Below, one piece after another: positions 38,066 through 49,968 of a stretch of DNA of 64,000 nt. Each line of letters begins with the position of its first letter. Position 1 is the stretch's first letter. Position numbers and translations under genes: made by a program. The notes below the pieces were generated by a model. The model had not been told where the DNA came from, searched no databases, and was given only the letters and a program-made list of their open reading frames with translations. Source of the DNA: Gammaproteobacteria bacterium. GTDB taxonomy: Bacteria > Pseudomonadota > Gammaproteobacteria > Tenderiales > Tenderiaceae. Location: the NCBI GenBank assembly GCA_021731365.1, contig JAKFXL010000017.1:41755-105754 (forward strand). Reading direction: 5' to 3'.

Positions 38066-39470
38066 TGCGGGTTCGATGCGTCGTATCAAACGGCTGCACT
38101 TTGTGGGTATCGGTGGCGCCGGGATGGGCGGTATTGCCGAGGTACTGCACACCCTCGGTTATGTGGTGAGTGGTTCCGACCTGGGTCAGAACGCGATGAC
38201 CAAGCGGCTGATAGGGTTGGGTATCACCGTGTTCAAGGGGCATGACGCCGCCAATATCGAAGGGTGTGATGCGCTGGTGATCTCATCCGCAGTGGATTAC
38301 AGCAATCCTGAAGTGGCGCTGGCGCATGAACGGCGGATTCCGATTGTGCCACGGGCCGAGATGCTGGCGGAGCTGATGCGTTTTCGTTACGGCATCGCCA
38401 TTGCCGGTACCCATGGCAAGACCACAACTACCAGTCTGGTAGCCAGTATCCTGGCCGAAGGTGGGCTGGATCCTACTTTTGTCATTGGCGGTAAGCTCAA
38501 CAGCGCCGGTACCAATGCCCGTCTCGGCAGCGGCAAATATCTGGTGGCCGAGGCCGATGAGAGCGACGCCTCATTCCTCTATCTACAGCCGATGATTGCG
38601 GTGGTCACCAATGTTGATGTTGACCACATGGCGACCTATGGCGGTGACTACAACAAACTGCGTCAAACCTTCATTGAGTTTTTGCACCATCTCCCTTTTT
38701 ATGGTCTGGCGGTGATGTGTCTCGAAGATTCAGGTGTGCGTGAAGTGATGGCGGAGTGCACGCGGCCGATGGTCACCTACGGTTTTGGTGAGGATGCCGA
38801 TCTGCGCGCCATCAATGTCAGCCAGAGTGCCAATACCACTCACTTTACGGTCTGCCGTGCCGGACATGCGGATATCGATGTGCTGCTTAATATGGGTGGC
38901 CGCCACAACGTCTTGAATGCCCTTGCCGCCATTGCCATCGCCCATGAGTTGGGCGTGGATGATGCCGCCATCGCCCGCGCCTTGTCGGGCTTTGAAGGTA
39001 TCGGTCGGCGCTTCCAGATGAATGGTGAGGTTGTCACGGCCAAAGGCGCGGTGATGTTGGTTGATGATTACGGCCATCACCCGCGTGAAATATCGGCGGT
39101 GGTGGCAGCGATCAGAGATGGCTGGCCGGAACGTCGTCTGGTCGTGGCCTTTCAGCCGCACCGCTACAGCCGCACTCGTGATCTGTTTGATGATTTTGCC
39201 ATGGTGCTGTCGACGGTGGATGCGCTGGTGCTGCTGGAGGTTTACGGTGCCGGTGAGGCAGCAATTGCCGGTGCCGATGGCCGCAGTCTGGCGCGGGCGA
39301 TTCGTGCCCGTGGTCTGGTCGACCCGGTCTTCATCGAATCCGCAGATGATTTGGCGGATGCGTTGAAGGGTGTGATTCAGGATGGCGACATCGTGCTTAC
39401 GCTGGGTGCCGGCACGATTGGTGTCGCCGCTGCTGAGTTGCCACAGCAGTTGCAGGCGGGTGAGCAATGA
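38058..39470 (+). CDS. murC: UDP-N-acetylmuramate--L-alanine ligase MurC
   Basis: Start [30 protein letters not shown] at 38058, overlapping the murG stop (ATGGCTAATG). The upstream in-frame extension in the ORF track is spurious. GTHGKTTT P-loop. Confidence 0.95.
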   Translation: MANAGSMRRIKRLHFVGIGGAGMGGIAEVLHTLGYVVSGSDLGQNAMTKRLIGLGITVFKGHDAANIEGCDALVISSAVDYSNPEVALAHERRIPIVPRAEMLAELMRFRYGIAIAGTHGKTTTTSLVASILAEGGLDPTFVIGGKLNSAGTNARLGSGKYLVAEADESDASFLYLQPMIAVVTNVDVDHMATYGGDYNKLRQTFIEFLHHLPFYGLAVMCLEDSGVREVMAECTRPMVTYGFGEDADLRAINVSQSANTTHFTVCRAGHADIDVLLNMGGRHNVLNALAAIAIAHELGVDDAAIARALSGFEGIGRRFQMNGEVVTAKGAVMLVDDYGHHPREISAVVAAIRDGWPERRLVVAFQPHRYSRTRDLFDDFAMVLSTVDALVLLEVYGAGEAAIAGADGRSLARAIRARGLVDPVFIESADDLADALKGVIQDGDIVLTLGAGTIGVAAAELPQQLQAGEQ

Positions 39471-40366
39471 TGACGGCGCAACAGTCCACACTGCGCGGCC
39501 GATTGAAGTTGAACGAGCCAATGGCGCGCCATACCAGCTGGCGTGTCGGTGGAGTGGCCGAACGTTATTACGAACCGACCGGCCTTGATGATCTGGCGCA
39601 GTTTCTGGAGACGGCAGTTGATGAGTCTGAGCCGCTCTTGTGGGTCGGTCTGGGCAGTAATCTGCTGGTGCGGGATGGTGGTGTGCGCGGCACGGTGATT
39701 ATGACGGCGGGACTGTTGAATGAGATGTCACTGATTGAGACTGGCGTGGTGCGCATCGAGGCCGGTGTCTCCTGCGCCAAGGCGGCACGTTTTGCTGCAC
39801 GTCAGGGGCTGGTGGGTGCGGAGTTTCTGGCAGGCATCCCCGGCACCATGGGCGGTGCACTGGCAATGAATGCCGGGGCCTTTGGTGATGAGACCTGGTC
39901 CCATGTGGTTGCGGTGGAGAGTATCGACCGTCAGGGTCGTCGTCATCTGCGCCAGCCCAATGAATATGAAGTGAGTTATCGCCATGTATCTAGTCCGGCC
40001 AATGAGTGGTTTGTGGCGGTACATCTGACGTTGAAATCAGGCGACGCGATGGCGGCGACGGCACGTATTAAAGAGTTGCTGGATCGGCGTAACGCCAGCC
40101 AGCCGATTGGTCAGCCCAGTTGTGGTTCGGTATTTCGTAATCCGCCGGGTGATTTTTCTGGCCGTTTGATCGAGGCGTCTGGTTTGAAGGGGCGCTGTAT
40201 CGGTGGTGCCTGCATCTCTGAAAAACACGCCAACTTCATCATCAACAGTGGCAACGCCACGGCGGCGGAGATTGAGGCGCTGATCGCACTGGTAATAACA
40301 ACGGTAGCGCAGCAGCATGGTGTCGGCTTGATACCTGAAGTGCATATTGTGGGAGAGAAGCGTTAA
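39467..40366 (+). CDS. murB: UDP-N-acetylenolpyruvoylglucosamine reductase MurB
   Basis: 299 aa FAD-binding PCMH domain. Located inside the dcw cluster between murC and ddl. Confidence 0.9.
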   Translation: MMTAQQSTLRGRLKLNEPMARHTSWRVGGVAERYYEPTGLDDLAQFLETAVDESEPLLWVGLGSNLLVRDGGVRGTVIMTAGLLNEMSLIETGVVRIEAGVSCAKAARFAARQGLVGAEFLAGIPGTMGGALAMNAGAFGDETWSHVVAVESIDRQGRRHLRQPNEYEVSYRHVSSPANEWFVAVHLTLKSGDAMAATARIKELLDRRNASQPIGQPSCGSVFRNPPGDFSGRLIEASGLKGRCIGGACISEKHANFIINSGNATAAEIEALIALVITTVAQQHGVGLIPEVHIVGEKR

Positions 40367-40368
40367 TC

Positions 40369-41319
40369 ATGGCTGGCCAGACGACAAAGGTCACAAGTGC
40401 AAATGAGTTTGGCAAGGTTGCTGTGCTGATGGGTGGCACAGCAGCGGAGCGTGAAGTTTCACTGCGCAGCGGTGCGGCGGTGCTGGCAGCGTTGCAGTCT
40501 CAGGGTGTGGATGCCCACGGCATCGATTTTGTGGGGGGTGAAAGCCTGGTTCAGCTGCAGCAGGGCGGTTTTGATCGAGCCTTTATCGCCGTGCATGGCC
40601 GGGGGGGTGAAGATGGCCAGCTGCAAGGTGCGTTGCAGATTATCGGTCTGCCCTATACCGGTAGCGGCGTATTGGGTTCAGCGCTTGGCATGGACAAACT
40701 GCGCTGCAAACAGCTGTGGCAGGGGGCTGGTCTGCCAACGCCAAAATTTTTACATGTGACAGAACAGAATGATTTTGATGAGGTGGTGCGGGAACTTGGG
40801 CTGCCGTTGATGGTCAAGCCTGCCCATGAAGGCTCCAGTATTGGCATGAGTAAGGTGACCGATGCTGCACAGCTTGCCTATGCGGTGCAACAGGCCGCCG
40901 GTTGTGATGATGTGGTTCTGGTTGAGCGCTGGATAACCGGACGTGAATATACGGTGGCCGTGCTCAACAATGTGGCGCTGCCCGCGATCCGTCTGGAGAC
41001 GCCGCACGATTTTTATGATTACGAAGCCAAATATAAATCCAACGATACTCACTACCACTGTCCTTGTGGGTTAGAGCCTGTCGCCGAGGCACGTCTACAG
41101 AAGTTGGCAGTGGACGCCTTTATGTTGGCCGGCACCAGCGGTTGGGGACGGATTGATGTGATGGAGGATCAGACCGGTAATTTCTGGTTGCTTGAGGTCA
41201 ATACCGTGCCCGGCATGACGGATCATAGTCTGGTGCCAATGGCGGCCAAGGCTGCTGGGGTCAGTTTTGAATCGTTGGTCTGGCAGGTATTGGAAACCAG
41301 CTTCGAGGAGCGGTATTGA
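40369..41319 (+). CDS. ddl: D-alanine--D-alanine ligase
   Basis: 316 aa ATP-grasp. KVAVLMGGTAAEREVSLRSG start and ATP-grasp motifs. Confidence 0.95.
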   Translation: MAGQTTKVTSANEFGKVAVLMGGTAAEREVSLRSGAAVLAALQSQGVDAHGIDFVGGESLVQLQQGGFDRAFIAVHGRGGEDGQLQGALQIIGLPYTGSGVLGSALGMDKLRCKQLWQGAGLPTPKFLHVTEQNDFDEVVRELGLPLMVKPAHEGSSIGMSKVTDAAQLAYAVQQAAGCDDVVLVERWITGREYTVAVLNNVALPAIRLETPHDFYDYEAKYKSNDTHYHCPCGLEPVAEARLQKLAVDAFMLAGTSGWGRIDVMEDQTGNFWLLEVNTVPGMTDHSLVPMAAKAAGVSFESLVWQVLETSFEERY

Positions 41320-42107
41320 TGCAGTTGCCCTGGCAGCAGAAGAAGAAAAAGAGCAATCAGCGCAACGTCCCGCAGAGCGGGTCGCGCTGGCCGGGGCCTG
41401 CTCTGTTGCAGATGAATTGGCAACGGTTGGGCATGAATCTTCTGGCCTTGGCGGTATTGGCCGGTGTGGCGGCGGGCTGGCTGACACTGATGAAGCCGAC
41501 CACGCTGCCCATGAAGCAGCTGCAAGTCGAAGCACCGTTTGTGCACGTCACACGTGATGAACTCTATCAGGTGATGAAACCCGTAGCTAAAGGTGGGTTT
41601 TTTAATGTGGATGTGGATGCGGTGACTGAGGCGGTTGAGTCGTTACCGTGGGTCAGCAGTGTATCGGTACAACGGGTTTGGCCAGATGCCCTGCACGTGG
41701 CGGTACGGGAACAGACGGCACTGGCGCGTTGGCATAACCATTCGCTGGTGAGTGAACAGGGAGAAATTTTTACACCGGCAGCAGATACCATTCCCGCTGG
41801 ACTGGTGGAGCTGCAGGGGCCTGATAGCACCGTGGTTCATGTGGCTGAATTGTTCAGGGTATTCAGAGAGATATTGCAGCCAGCGCAGCTGGAGATGAAA
41901 CGTCTGGTCTTGTCGCCACGCCGCGCCTGGACACTGGAGTTAAGTAACGGTGAGGTGGTGTTGCTGGGGCGTGAAGTAGTGCAGCAGCGGCTGGAGCGCT
42001 TTGTACAGTTCTACCCACAGATAGAGGGGGAACCAGCGGCGTTGCAGCAGGTAGATATGCGTTATCCCAACGGTTTTGCAATTCAGTGGCAAAAGCCACA
42101 AGCGTAA
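41316..42107 (+). CDS. ftsQ: cell division protein FtsQ
   Basis: 263 aa, single TM plus POTRA. Conserved position. Confidence 0.85.
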   Translation: MMQLPWQQKKKKSNQRNVPQSGSRWPGPALLQMNWQRLGMNLLALAVLAGVAAGWLTLMKPTTLPMKQLQVEAPFVHVTRDELYQVMKPVAKGGFFNVDVDAVTEAVESLPWVSSVSVQRVWPDALHVAVREQTALARWHNHSLVSEQGEIFTPAADTIPAGLVELQGPDSTVVHVAELFRVFREILQPAQLEMKRLVLSPRRAWTLELSNGEVVLLGREVVQQRLERFVQFYPQIEGEPAALQQVDMRYPNGFAIQWQKPQA

Positions 42108-42140
42108 GCGCGGTTTTAATTTTTTGGAGTATGGGTTCGG

Positions 42141-43376
42141 ATGTCAAAAAAGATTGATAAGAATCTGATTGTTGGATTGGATATTGGTACCTCCAAGGTG
42201 ATCGCCATTGTTGCCGAGGTATCGTCCGACGGCGCGCTGGAGATTATCGGTATCGGCTCGCACCCTTCACGTGGTTTGAAAAAAGGTGTGGTGGTGAATA
42301 TCGAGTCCACCGTTCAGTCCATTCAACGCGCTGTGGAAGAGGCGGAGCTGATGGCAGGTTGCCAGATTCACTCGGTCTATGCCGGGATAGCGGGCAGCCA
42401 TATTCGCAGCCTCAATTCACACGGGATTGTTGCCATACGCGAGAGCGAAGTGACCGCCAGCGATGTCGATCGGGTGATTGATGCGGCGCGGGCGGTGGCG
42501 ATTCCTGCGGATCAGAAGATCCTCCATATCCTGCCGCAGGAGTTCATCATCGACAAACAAGAGGGGATTCGTGAGCCGATTGGTATGTCAGGCGTCCGCC
42601 TTGAGGCCAAGGTACACATGGTGACTGGCGCTGTGAGTGCCGCACAGAATATCGTCAAGTGTGTGCGGCGCTGTGGTCTGGAGGTGGATGACATCATTCT
42701 GGAGCAGCTGGCCTCCAGTTATGCGGTGCTCTCTGATGATGAAAAAGAGCTGGGTGTCTGTCTGGTGGATATTGGTGGCGGCACCACCGACATTGCCATC
42801 TTCACTGAAGGGGCGATTCGCCACACCGCTGTGATCCCGATCGCTGGTGATCAGGTAACCAATGACATTGCCGTGGCATTGCGGACGCCGACCCAGTTTG
42901 CAGAAGAGATCAAGATCAAATACGCCTGCGCCCTGACACAGCTGGCCAGCCCGGAAGAGACTATCGAGGTACCTGGAGTGGGTGATCGTCCCTCCCGACG
43001 GTTGGCGCGGCAGACCTTGGCCGAAGTGGTGGAGCCACGGTATGACGAGCTGTTGACCCTGATTCAGGCCGAGCTGCGGCGCAGTGGTTTTGAAGACCTG
43101 ATTGCAGCTGGGGTAGTACTGACCGGCGGCAGCTCCAAGATGGAAGGTGTTATTGAACTGGCAGAAGAGATATTTCATATGCCGGTGCGGTTAGGTGTTC
43201 CCCAGCATGTGGTTGGCTTGGCAGACGTGGTGCGGAACCCTATTTATGCGACGGGTGTTGGGTTGCTGCTGTTTGGCAGCCAACATCGCTTTGACCGCGG
43301 TGGAGAGCTGGTGACGGGGTCGGGCAGTAAGGGTGTATGGGAACGAATGAAGGTTTGGTTTAAGGGTAATTTTTAG
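42141..43376 (+). CDS. ftsA: cell division protein FtsA
   Basis: 411 aa actin-like ATPase (LIVGLDIGTSKV…). Confidence 0.95.
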   Translation: MSKKIDKNLIVGLDIGTSKVIAIVAEVSSDGALEIIGIGSHPSRGLKKGVVVNIESTVQSIQRAVEEAELMAGCQIHSVYAGIAGSHIRSLNSHGIVAIRESEVTASDVDRVIDAARAVAIPADQKILHILPQEFIIDKQEGIREPIGMSGVRLEAKVHMVTGAVSAAQNIVKCVRRCGLEVDDIILEQLASSYAVLSDDEKELGVCLVDIGGGTTDIAIFTEGAIRHTAVIPIAGDQVTNDIAVALRTPTQFAEEIKIKYACALTQLASPEETIEVPGVGDRPSRRLARQTLAEVVEPRYDELLTLIQAELRRSGFEDLIAAGVVLTGGSSKMEGVIELAEEIFHMPVRLGVPQHVVGLADVVRNPIYATGVGLLLFGSQHRFDRGGELVTGSGSKGVWERMKVWFKGNF

Positions 43377-43429
43377 GTAGTTGGGCTGTTGGAAAACTTT
43401 TGGGCACGTTGGCATAGGAGAATTGAATT

Positions 43430-44599
43430 ATGTTTGAACTAATGGATACTTACTCACAAAACGCAGTAATCAAAGTGATTGGTGTGGGTGGCGGTGGTGG
43501 TAATGCGGTTGAGCACATGGTCGCCGCCGAGATTGAAGGGGTTGATTTTATTGCTGCAAATACCGACGCACAGGCGCTGAAAAAATCAACCGCCAAGACC
43601 GTGCTGCAGTTGGGTGCGGGTGTCACAAAAGGGTTGGGCGCAGGTGCCAATCCTGAAATCGGACGTAAATCGGCACTGGAAGATCGTGAGCGCATCATGG
43701 ATCTGATCGAAGGCAGTGACATGCTCTTCATTACCGCCGGAATGGGTGGCGGTACCGGCACCGGGGCTGCGCCAATCGTAGCCCAGATCGCCAAAGAGAT
43801 GGGGATTTTGACCGTGGCCGTGGTGACACGCCCCTTCCCGTTTGAAGGTAAAAAACGTAACGCCGTGGCTGATGCGGGTATTAAAGAGCTGGCGCAGTAT
43901 GTGGACTCGCTGATCACCATCCCTAACGAGAAACTGCTCTACGTACTGGGCAAGGATGTCACGCTGTTGCGGGCGTTTGCCTCAGCTAACGACGTGCTGT
44001 TAGGCGCAGTGCAAGGGATTGCTGAATTGATCACCCGTCCTGGGCTGATTAACGTCGACTTTGCAGACGTACGTACCGTGATGTCCGAAATGGGCATGGC
44101 GATGATGGGATCTGGCAAGGCCTCTGGTGAGGACCGTGCCCGTATAGCGGCGGAGAGTGCCATCGCCAGCCCGCTGCTGGAAGATATCGACCTGGCTGGG
44201 GCCAGAGGGATACTGGTCAATGTGACCGCCGGTTTTGACCTCTCAATCGGAGAGTTTGAGGAGGTGGGTAACATCGTCAAGGAGTTTGCCTCTGAAGATG
44301 CCACCGTGGTTGTAGGAACCACCATCGACGAAAACATGGTTGATGAGCTGCGTGTTACTGTTGTGGCAACAGGTCTTGGGCAGGGTAAGGCCGTTGAGAC
44401 TGAAAAACCGGTCAAGCTTGTCTACCAGAGCGTTCGTGAAGAGCGTAAGGTCAGCACCGGTGAGCCACGTTACGAAGATTACGAGCGCCCAGCGGTCATG
44501 CGCGCCCAATCGGTAGCCGCAACCAAGGTGGCGACAGCGGAAGATACCAGCCTTGATTACCTGGACATTCCCGCGTTCCTGCGTCGCCAGGCCGACTGA
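43430..44599 (+). CDS. ftsZ: cell division GTPase FtsZ
   Basis: 389 aa. GGGTGTG tubulin signature. Conserved C-terminal peptide DYLDIPAFLRRQAD. Confidence 0.97.
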   Translation: MFELMDTYSQNAVIKVIGVGGGGGNAVEHMVAAEIEGVDFIAANTDAQALKKSTAKTVLQLGAGVTKGLGAGANPEIGRKSALEDRERIMDLIEGSDMLFITAGMGGGTGTGAAPIVAQIAKEMGILTVAVVTRPFPFEGKKRNAVADAGIKELAQYVDSLITIPNEKLLYVLGKDVTLLRAFASANDVLLGAVQGIAELITRPGLINVDFADVRTVMSEMGMAMMGSGKASGEDRARIAAESAIASPLLEDIDLAGARGILVNVTAGFDLSIGEFEEVGNIVKEFASEDATVVVGTTIDENMVDELRVTVVATGLGQGKAVETEKPVKLVYQSVREERKVSTGEPRYEDYERPAVMRAQSVAATKVATAEDTSLDYLDIPAFLRRQAD

Positions 44600-44691
44600 T
44601 CCCCAGCTGTTTTCAGCGCGCTGGTGCCCCTTTGCCCGAGGCAGGCACCTGCGCGGATCACTGCTAAACATGTTATCCTATGTCAGTTATT

Positions 44692-44727
44692 GCCGGAGGC
44701 GTGAGTGTCTCCGGCCGTTTTCTTTCG
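44692..44727 (+). terminator. stem-loop plus T-tract between ftsZ and lpxC (partial terminator/attenuator)
   Basis: GCCGGAG…CTCCGGC followed by CGTTTTCTTTC. Confidence 0.45.
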
Positions 44728-44760
44728 GACAGACTGTGGTAACTGGAACGGGTCGCTAAA

Positions 44761-45672
44761 ATGATTAAACAACGTACGCTGAAAAATGTCATCCGGGCGA
44801 CAGGCGTTGGTTTGCACACTGGGGAAAAGATCTATCTGACCCTGCGTCCAGCCGCCATTGATGCTGGTATTATTTTTCGACGTGTCGATCTGGACCCTGT
44901 TGTAGAGATTCAGGCCCGCGCAGAAAATGTCGGCGATACCCGCCTCTCCACAACCTTGATGAAAGGCGACGTACGTATCTCCACCGTTGAACACCTCCTG
45001 TCGGCGATGGCCGGCCTTGGCATTGATAACGCTTATATAGAGCTGAGCGCAGCTGAGGTGCCCATTATGGACGGCAGTGCCGGCCCCTTTGTTTTTCTGC
45101 TGCAGTCAGCAGGGATTCATGAGCAGGATGCCCCGAAGCGGTTTATACGTATCAAACAGCCAATTGTTGTGAACGATGGCGACAAATGGGCCCGTTTTGA
45201 CCCGTTTGAAGGTTTTAAAGTCTCATTTTCCATCGATTTTGATCACCCCGCCTTTAAAGACCGTGCCAAAGAGGCAACGATCGATTTTTCAACCACCTCC
45301 TTTGTTAAAGAGATAAGCCGCGCCCGGACGTTTGGCTTTATGAAAGATATAGAAGCCCTGCGGGCAAAAAACCTGGCATTAGGTGGCAGCATGGAAAATG
45401 CGGTTGTGGTGGACGATTATCGTGTGCTTAATGATGATGGTCTGCGTTATGAAGATGAGTTTGTAAAACATAAGGTGCTGGACGCCATTGGTGACCTATA
45501 TCTATTGGGTCGCAGTCTCATTGGTGCCTTTAGTGGTCATAAGTCCGGACACTCCTTGAACAACCAGTTATTGCGTGCGTTGGTGGCGAATGAAGCGGCA
45601 TGGGAGCTGGTGACGTTTGAGAAAGATGAGCTGGCACCGATATCATTTATGCAGCCGATGGCCGTTGGTTAG
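44761..45672 (+). CDS. lpxC: UDP-3-O-acyl-N-acetylglucosamine deacetylase LpxC
   Basis: 303 aa, [31 protein letters not shown]… Classic LpxC. Confidence 0.97.
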   Translation: MIKQRTLKNVIRATGVGLHTGEKIYLTLRPAAIDAGIIFRRVDLDPVVEIQARAENVGDTRLSTTLMKGDVRISTVEHLLSAMAGLGIDNAYIELSAAEVPIMDGSAGPFVFLLQSAGIHEQDAPKRFIRIKQPIVVNDGDKWARFDPFEGFKVSFSIDFDHPAFKDRAKEATIDFSTTSFVKEISRARTFGFMKDIEALRAKNLALGGSMENAVVVDDYRVLNDDGLRYEDEFVKHKVLDAIGDLYLLGRSLIGAFSGHKSGHSLNNQLLRALVANEAAWELVTFEKDELAPISFMQPMAVG

Positions 45673-45719
45673 TTAGTCTGTTTGATAGTTTTTTGGTGCG
45701 TTGTGTAACTAAGTCACTT

Positions 45720-46157
45720 TCAGCCCTGCTTTGAGCTGTTTTTTGCAAGGCGCAACAGTGCCAGCTTCAATTTTGGATCGCTGGTCACGTCTGCCAGATT
45801 ATTCAGTAGGTTAGATGTGCCTTCTGACATCTTTGGGCGTGCCCGTGCGGCCGTTTGAGGGGTTGCCTGTGGGGGTTGAATCTTGACCGTGAGCGCCTGA
45901 ATTTGAAAATGGTGTAAACCTTTTAAGATGCTGGGGGTCTGAAGGCGGAGCCGGGTGGCCCAGGCCGCGGACTCTACCAGCAGCGTTAATGTCTGGTTGG
46001 ATATGCCGGCAGCAGTGCAATGCAGTGATAATGGCAGGGGCAGCAGGTATGCAAGTTGAGCATTCAGCTGTCTAAGCTTTTGAGTTTGTTGTAATAGCTC
46101 CTGCATTCCGGGATTTTTTGAGCCAAGTATCTGTTTTAGGGATTTTGGGGCTTTCAA
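45720..46157 (-). CDS. DUF721 domain protein (DciA-like), conserved lpxC-secA intergenic gene
   Basis: 145 aa basic protein on the opposite strand between lpxC and the M23 peptidase gene. Same context as in Pseudomonas-type genomes. Confidence 0.55.
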   Translation of the reverse strand: MKAPKSLKQILGSKNPGMQELLQQTQKLRQLNAQLAYLLPLPLSLHCTAAGISNQTLTLLVESAAWATRLRLQTPSILKGLHHFQIQALTVKIQPPQATPQTAARARPKMSEGTSNLLNNLADVTSDPKLKLALLRLAKNSSKQG

Positions 46158-46188
46158 TGCCTGCTTCCTTTAGCTAAAAGGTACTAAG

Positions 46189-47154
46189 GTGTTTTTGGAT
46201 GGATTTAATTGTAGACTGGTACCCATGAGTTTAATTTTACTACCAAATGATTCAAAAGGAACGGTGCGTCGTATCAGCAGCCGTGTTGTGGCGTGGACGT
46301 TACTGGTGGTTGGGCTGGTGGTGCCTGGCACAGCGCTGGTGGTTGGTTACAATATAGGCGTATCGGATGTCGACGCACAGAAAAAGACACTGACGTCCGA
46401 TTTGAAGGTGGAGCTTGGCGCTCAGCGCGAAGAGCTTGAGGTGGCCCGTCAGGGAGCACAGGAAAACATCAATGCACTGACCAAACGGGTGGCTGAGTTA
46501 CAGTCGCGGGTGGTCAGGCTGGATGCCCTGGGGGAGCGGTTAACCGACATGGCCAGCCTCGACAAAGGTGAGTTTAACTTCGAGAGCGCCCCAGCATTGG
46601 GCGGCCCCAACGACTCATCGCTGTTGATTGCGGACAGCGCGGCAGGTGATCTTCTGGCCTCCTTTGACAATTTGAGTCGCGATCTGGATGACCGTGAGCA
46701 GAAACTGGGAGTGCTTGAGTCGTTGTTGATGACCCGTAATCTCCAGAGTCAGGTCCATCCTGACGGTTTTCCGGTGGAAAAGGGTTGGCTTTCATCGTAC
46801 TTTGGCGCCCGTTCTGACCCCTTTACCGGTCGCCGCGCCCATCATGACGGTATTGATATTGCGGGCAAGCTGGGTTCTAACATTCTGGCTATTGCCAGTG
46901 GGGTTGTTACCCAGTCAGGTGACCACCCAGGTTACGGTAATCTGGTGGAGGTCAGCCACGGCAACGGTTATGTGACCCGTTACGGTCATAATCAGAAAAA
47001 CCTGGTACAGATTGGCGATACTGTTAAAAAGGGGCAGGTATTGGCGTTGATGGGTACGAGTGGTCGTTCCACCGGGCCGCACCTCCATCTTGAGGTTCAC
47101 CGTGATGGTCGTGTTGTCAATCCAATCAAATATGTACGTGCTGCTGCCCCCTGA
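46189..47154 (+). CDS. M23 family metallopeptidase with N-terminal TM segment and coiled coil (EnvC/NlpD-like)
   Basis: LytM motifs HDGIDIAG…, GNLVEVSHGNGYVTRYGH, GRSTGPHLHLEV. The true start may be the internal Met at 46225. Confidence 0.85.
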   Translation: MFLDGFNCRLVPMSLILLPNDSKGTVRRISSRVVAWTLLVVGLVVPGTALVVGYNIGVSDVDAQKKTLTSDLKVELGAQREELEVARQGAQENINALTKRVAELQSRVVRLDALGERLTDMASLDKGEFNFESAPALGGPNDSSLLIADSAAGDLLASFDNLSRDLDDREQKLGVLESLLMTRNLQSQVHPDGFPVEKGWLSSYFGARSDPFTGRRAHHDGIDIAGKLGSNILAIASGVVTQSGDHPGYGNLVEVSHGNGYVTRYGHNQKNLVQIGDTVKKGQVLALMGTSGRSTGPHLHLEVHRDGRVVNPIKYVRAAAP

Positions 47155-47160
47155 GTAACT

Positions 47161-47200
47161 GGATTGGCTGATCAGCCAATCCATCTTTAGTTTTCTAATT
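47161..47200 (+). terminator. rho-independent terminator after the M23 peptidase gene
   Basis: Perfect palindrome GGATTGGCTGATCAGCCAATCC followed by ATCTTTAGTTTTCT. Confidence 0.6.
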
Positions 47201-47272
47201 CTCTCGTTTGTTTTATGATCACTGCCTCGTATGTGCAAAGCACGTGATTATTCCAATAAAATCTAGGGCCTC

Positions 47273-49966
47273 ATGGTTACCAATATATTCAGTAAAGTAT
47301 TTGGCAGTCGCAATGATCGGCAGCTAAAACGGATGCGAAAAGTTGTCGCGCAGATCAATGCTCTGGAAGAGTCCATGGTGGCGCTGAGCGATGAGCAACT
47401 TAAGGCGAAGACTACAGAGTTTCAGCAGCGGGTTGCTGCTGGTACGACGCTTGATAGCTTGCTGCCGGAGGCATTTGCGGTGGTGCGTGAGGCCGGTAAG
47501 CGGGTTCTGGGGATGCGCCACTATGATGTGCAGATGATCGGCGCCATGGTTATGCATGACGGAAAGATTGCTGAAATGCGCACTGGTGAGGGGAAAACAC
47601 TGGTGGCGACGTTGGCGGCGTATCTGAATGCGCTCTCCGGTAAAGGTGTGCACGTTGTTACGGTGAATGACTATCTGGCGCAACGTGATGCGACGTGGAT
47701 GGCGCGTCTGCATGAGTACCTGGGTTTGACGGTGGGGGTGGTCCTGTCTGGTCAGGACACGTTGGCGAAACGTGCCGCGTATGCTTGTGATATCACCTAC
47801 GGGACCAACAATGAGTTTGGTTTTGATTATCTGCGCGACAACATGGCGTTTCGGCTTGATGATAAAGCGCAGCGCGAACTTAATTTTGCGATTATCGATG
47901 AGGTTGACTCAATTCTGATCGATGAGGCCCGTACGCCGCTGATTATCTCCGGACCGACAGATAATAACTCTGATGTTTATACCCGGATGAATGTCCTGAT
48001 TCCGCGTCTGACACGACAGGAGGAGGAGGATGGCCCGGGGGATTACAACGTTGACGAAAAGTCCAAACAGGTGTTTTTGAGTGAGAGTGGCCACCAGAAT
48101 GTTGAAGATATGCTGGTTGAGGTGGGATTGTTACAGGAGGGTGATAGTCTCTACGACGCCGCAAACATCAGTCTTATGCACCATGTTAACGCTGCCTTGA
48201 GGGCTCATGCCCTATTCCATAATGATATTGATTACATCGTTCAGAACGGCACCATTGTGATTGTGGATGAATTTACTGGCCGCACCATGCCAGGGCGGCG
48301 CTGGTCTGATGGCCTGCATCAGGCTATCGAAGCCAAGGAAGGGGTTGAGATTCAGAACGAAAATCAGACATTGGCTTCTATTACCTTTCAAAACTATTTC
48401 CGTCTCTACAACAAGTTGTCTGGCATGACTGGTACTGCGGATACCGAGGCCTATGAATTTCAAGAGATTTACGGGCTGGAGGTAATGGTTATTCCAACCA
48501 ACAAACCAACCGTTCGTAAGGATATGGGCGACCTTGTCTATCTTAATCAGCAGGATAAATTTAACGCCATCCTTGAAGATATCAAGGGGTGTAATGAGCG
48601 TGGCCAGCCGGTACTGGTGGGCACAACCTCTATCGAAGTCTCAGAGACCCTTTCAGCGCTGCTGAAAAAATCAGGCATCAAACATGAAGTGCTGAATGCC
48701 AAACAGCATGAGCGTGAGGCGGATATCGTTGCGCAGGCGGGCAGTTCCAAGAGCGTGACTATTGCCACCAACATGGCGGGGCGTGGTACCGATATTGTGC
48801 TGGGTGGCAGCCTTGACGCGATGCTGGAGAGTGTGGATCCAACCGATGAGGTGGCCGTGCAGCGGGTTCGCAGTGAGTGGCAGCAGCGCCATGATCAGGT
48901 GTTGAGCGAGGGGGGGCTACACATTATCGGGACTGAGCGGCACGAGTCCCGTCGTGTTGATAATCAGTTGCGTGGCCGTTCAGGGCGTCAAGGTGACCCT
49001 GGTTCAACCCGTTTCTACCTCTCGCTTGAGGATAGTCTGATGCGTATCTTTGCCTCAGACCGTGTTGCCGGGCTGATGCAAAAGTTGGGTATGGAAGAGG
49101 GTGAGGCGATTGAGCACCCCTGGGTCAGCAAGGCGATTGAAAATGCCCAGCGCAAGGTTGAAGGGCACAATTTTGATATTCGCAAACAGCTGCTTGAATA
49201 CGATGATGTCGCCAATGATCAACGCAAGGTGATCTACGAACAGCGCAATGAGTTGATGGCACGGGACGACATCTCTGACACCATTGCAAACATCCGGGCA
49301 GATGTAGTGAGTGGCGTGGTGGATACCTTCATTCCGCCTAACAGTCTTGAAGAGCAGTGGGACGTGGCAGGGCTTGAGGAGGCACTGCTGCGTGAGTTTG
49401 GTGACAAACTGCCGGTGCAGCAGTGGCTTGATAGTGATGATAGCCTGCATGAAGAGACATTGCGCCAGCGTATTCCGGCTGAACTGGATGCCAGCTACGC
49501 CGCCAAAGAGTCGATGGCCGGTGCTTCGGTGTTGCGCCATTTTGAGAAGGCCGTCATGTTGCAGGTCCTGGATACGCAATGGAAGGATCATCTCTCAGCG
49601 ATGGATCATCTGCGTCAAGGCATCCACCTGCGGGGTTATGCACAGAAAAATCCCAAGCAGGAGTATAAACGTGAGGCATTTGAGATGTTCTCCGCGTTGC
49701 TTGATCGCATCAAACATGAAGTGATTGGCATTATCTCAAGGGTACAGGTGCAAGGAGAGGCGGATGTTGAGGCGATAGAAGAGCAGCGCCGCGCCCAGGG
49801 TGAGATGCAGTATCAGCATCCAAATGCTTCGGCAACTGAAAGTGAGACACCAGAAGGTGAGCAGCAGGCCCCGTTTGTGCGTGATGGCACCAAGGTGGGG
49901 CGTAATGATCCTTGCCCATGTGGTTCAGGCAAAAAATATAAACAGTGTCACGGTAAGTTGAGTTAA
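47273..49966 (+). CDS. secA: preprotein translocase ATPase SecA
   Basis: 897 aa. [21 protein letters not shown] start, DEAD-like motor. C-terminal zinc finger [14 protein letters not shown]. Confidence 0.97.
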   Translation: MVTNIFSKVFGSRNDRQLKRMRKVVAQINALEESMVALSDEQLKAKTTEFQQRVAAGTTLDSLLPEAFAVVREAGKRVLGMRHYDVQMIGAMVMHDGKIAEMRTGEGKTLVATLAAYLNALSGKGVHVVTVNDYLAQRDATWMARLHEYLGLTVGVVLSGQDTLAKRAAYACDITYGTNNEFGFDYLRDNMAFRLDDKAQRELNFAIIDEVDSILIDEARTPLIISGPTDNNSDVYTRMNVLIPRLTRQEEEDGPGDYNVDEKSKQVFLSESGHQNVEDMLVEVGLLQEGDSLYDAANISLMHHVNAALRAHALFHNDIDYIVQNGTIVIVDEFTGRTMPGRRWSDGLHQAIEAKEGVEIQNENQTLASITFQNYFRLYNKLSGMTGTADTEAYEFQEIYGLEVMVIPTNKPTVRKDMGDLVYLNQQDKFNAILEDIKGCNERGQPVLVGTTSIEVSETLSALLKKSGIKHEVLNAKQHEREADIVAQAGSSKSVTIATNMAGRGTDIVLGGSLDAMLESVDPTDEVAVQRVRSEWQQRHDQVLSEGGLHIIGTERHESRRVDNQLRGRSGRQGDPGSTRFYLSLEDSLMRIFASDRVAGLMQKLGMEEGEAIEHPWVSKAIENAQRKVEGHNFDIRKQLLEYDDVANDQRKVIYEQRNELMARDDISDTIANIRADVVSGVVDTFIPPNSLEEQWDVAGLEEALLREFGDKLPVQQWLDSDDSLHEETLRQRIPAELDASYAAKESMAGASVLRHFEKAVMLQVLDTQWKDHLSAMDHLRQGIHLRGYAQKNPKQEYKREAFEMFSALLDRIKHEVIGIISRVQVQGEADVEAIEEQRRAQGEMQYQHPNASATESETPEGEQQAPFVRDGTKVGRNDPCPCGSGKKYKQCHGKLS

Positions 49967-49968
49967 TC

